In this document: piece by piece, positions 62,991 through 64,000 of the stretch
How the letters are laid out: the number at the start of each line of letters is the position of its first letter
Numbering within the stretch: the first letter of the stretch is position 1
Notes under the pieces: model-generated
Told to the model about the DNA's origin: nothing
The model's input: only the letters and a program-made list of their open reading frames with translations
The model's database searches: none
Translations under genes and position numbers: made by a program
Assembly (NCBI GenBank): GCA_963843375.1
Contig: CAWJKT010000008.1
Coordinates: 160,001 to 224,000, forward strand
Length of the DNA stretch: 64,000 bases
From: an uncultured Pseudomonadota bacterium
GTDB taxonomy: Bacteria; Oederibacteriota; Muellerivitia; Muellerivitales; Muellerivitaceae
Direction: 5' to 3'

Positions 62991-63490
62991 GGTTTATTCT
63001 TCCTCGGAATTTTGAAATCGGTTGGGGAAAGATGCTCCAGGAATTTTTTGAATTTAGCCATTTCTTCCTTGTTCTTTTCTTTGTCCACCACAGTAACTCC
63101 TGGGGAAATGACCACTTTTTCCGCCACGAAAATAGGGGAGCCGGTGCGTAAGGCCAAGGCGATTGCGTCCGAGGGCCTGGCATCCAAGTCCACTTTCTCG
63201 CCTGTTTCCGTCCTTTCCAGGAAGAGGCGTGCGAAAAAGGTGTTTTGATTGATGTCGTTCACGAGCACTTTAACCACTTTGCTTCCCATGGCTTCAATAA
63301 TATTCTTCATCAGATCGTGAGACATGGGCCTAGCCGCGGCCTGGCCGCTCAACTGAATAAAGATCGCCGTGGCCTCGGGCACACCAATACATATCGGCAG
63401 GCACATTTTTTCGGCTTGATCGGTTAGGACCACCATGGGCTGCTTGCATTCTTGATCCATCACGATACCACGAACTTTCATCTCAATCAT
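62987..63490 (-). CDS. Bifunctional nuclease (DUF151), copy 1
   Basis: LPICIGVPEA, RPMSHDL and DARPSDAIALALR. Confidence 0.92.
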   Translation of the reverse strand: MIEMKVRGIVMDQECKQPMVVLTDQAEKMCLPICIGVPEATAIFIQLSGQAAARPMSHDLMKNIIEAMGSKVVKVLVNDINQNTFFARLFLERTETGEKVDLDARPSDAIALALRTGSPIFVAEKVVISPGVTVVDKEKNKEEMAKFKKFLEHLSPTDFKIPRKNKP

Positions 63491-63608
63491 AACTTAAACT
63501 CCATTGGCATCACTCAAGTCTGTTTTCACATTTTATCTTGAGAAGCAACAACCGGTATGTTCAAGGGTAGAGGTCAGTCAACCAAAGGGCAAGAGATTCA
63601 GTAAGATA

Positions 63609-63637
63609 ATTATAAGCCCGGTCCGGGCCGCTTTCAA
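63609..63637 (-). promoter_or_regulatory. Sigma70 promoter with a palindrome in the spacer
   Basis: TTGAAA-N17-TATAAT; spacer contains GCCCGG-A-CCGGGC. Confidence 0.7.
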
Positions 63638-63670
63638 CGTGGACAATTAAAAAGAATTTTCAAATTCGGA

Positions 63671-64000
63671 TTATTTTGATTTTTTCTTAAGGTCAGTTTC
63701 GCTGAAAACCTGCGCTTCAAAAGCATGAAGATTTATTTTATCCTTCCAAGCGTCGGGAGAAAGCCCCGCCTTAACGCAGGTTTGCTCCAAGAAAGTTTTA
63801 GCGTCCCAATGGTATTCCATCGCCACCTGGGGAAGAAGAAGCCCTGACCGGTTCCCGCGGCTGACGATTAATCCATGGACACCTACTTGTATTTGAGATA
63901 ACTCCACCGACTTGGGGACGGTTAAAACGGAAATCTCAATTTCAATGTGGGGTAATTCCTCAGCCCGAACGGGTGGAAAGCGGGGATCTTGAAAAGCCGC
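63671..64000 (-). CDS. amrA: AmmeMemoRadiSam system protein A (AMMECR1), 3' part
   Basis: AAFQDPRFPP, EISVLT, GLLLPQVA and KAGL motifs. Confidence 0.9.
   Translation of the reverse strand, partial: AAFQDPRFPPVRAEELPHIEIEISVLTVPKSVELSQIQVGVHGLIVSRGNRSGLLLPQVAMEYHWDAKTFLEQTCVKAGLSPDAWKDKINLHAFEAQVFSETDLKKKSK

Noticed and set aside
63575..63596. CtsR-like heptad repeat
   Set aside because: Poor match and wrong spacing

Overview
Chromosomal window from a diderm (Gram-negative) bacterium. Its Thr/Pro-rich secreted proteins with a 'YPNP...LILR' C-terminal domain resemble what I recall for FCPU426/Goldbacteria-like lineages; this is inference only. The left part (1-36 kb) is accessory-rich. It holds many small or unknown genes, two gene remnants, a GH9 cellulase, a Gly-rich autotransporter, and an ~8.7 kb integrative element (11778-20541). 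The element sits in tRNA-Arg(TCG) and duplicates the 5' half of the tRNA rather than the usual 3' half. It carries an integrase, an excisionase, a truncated replication protein, an IS3 and an IS21 copy, and defence-like cargo (RNase H-fold DUF429-like protein, trypsin-like protease, BglII-like endonuclease fragment). The right part (36-64 kb) is mostly core genome on the minus strand: an active/inactive Deg protease pair, polA, parAB, a glycosyltransferase/radical-SAM cluster, nnr, acpS, a complete atp operon, tandem DUF151 nucleases and amrA. Many genes, including polA and atpD, carry single-base frameshifts, mostly in short homopolymers; I read these as long-read consensus errors. The most interesting items are the 5'-tRNA-type island and its cargo, a sigma54 promoter/long RNA hairpin/39-aa membrane peptide unit, an alkaliphile-type Lys/Gly pair in ATP synthase subunit a, and a lipoprotein pseudo-protease coupled to an active Deg protease. 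All family calls come from motif recognition, not database searches.
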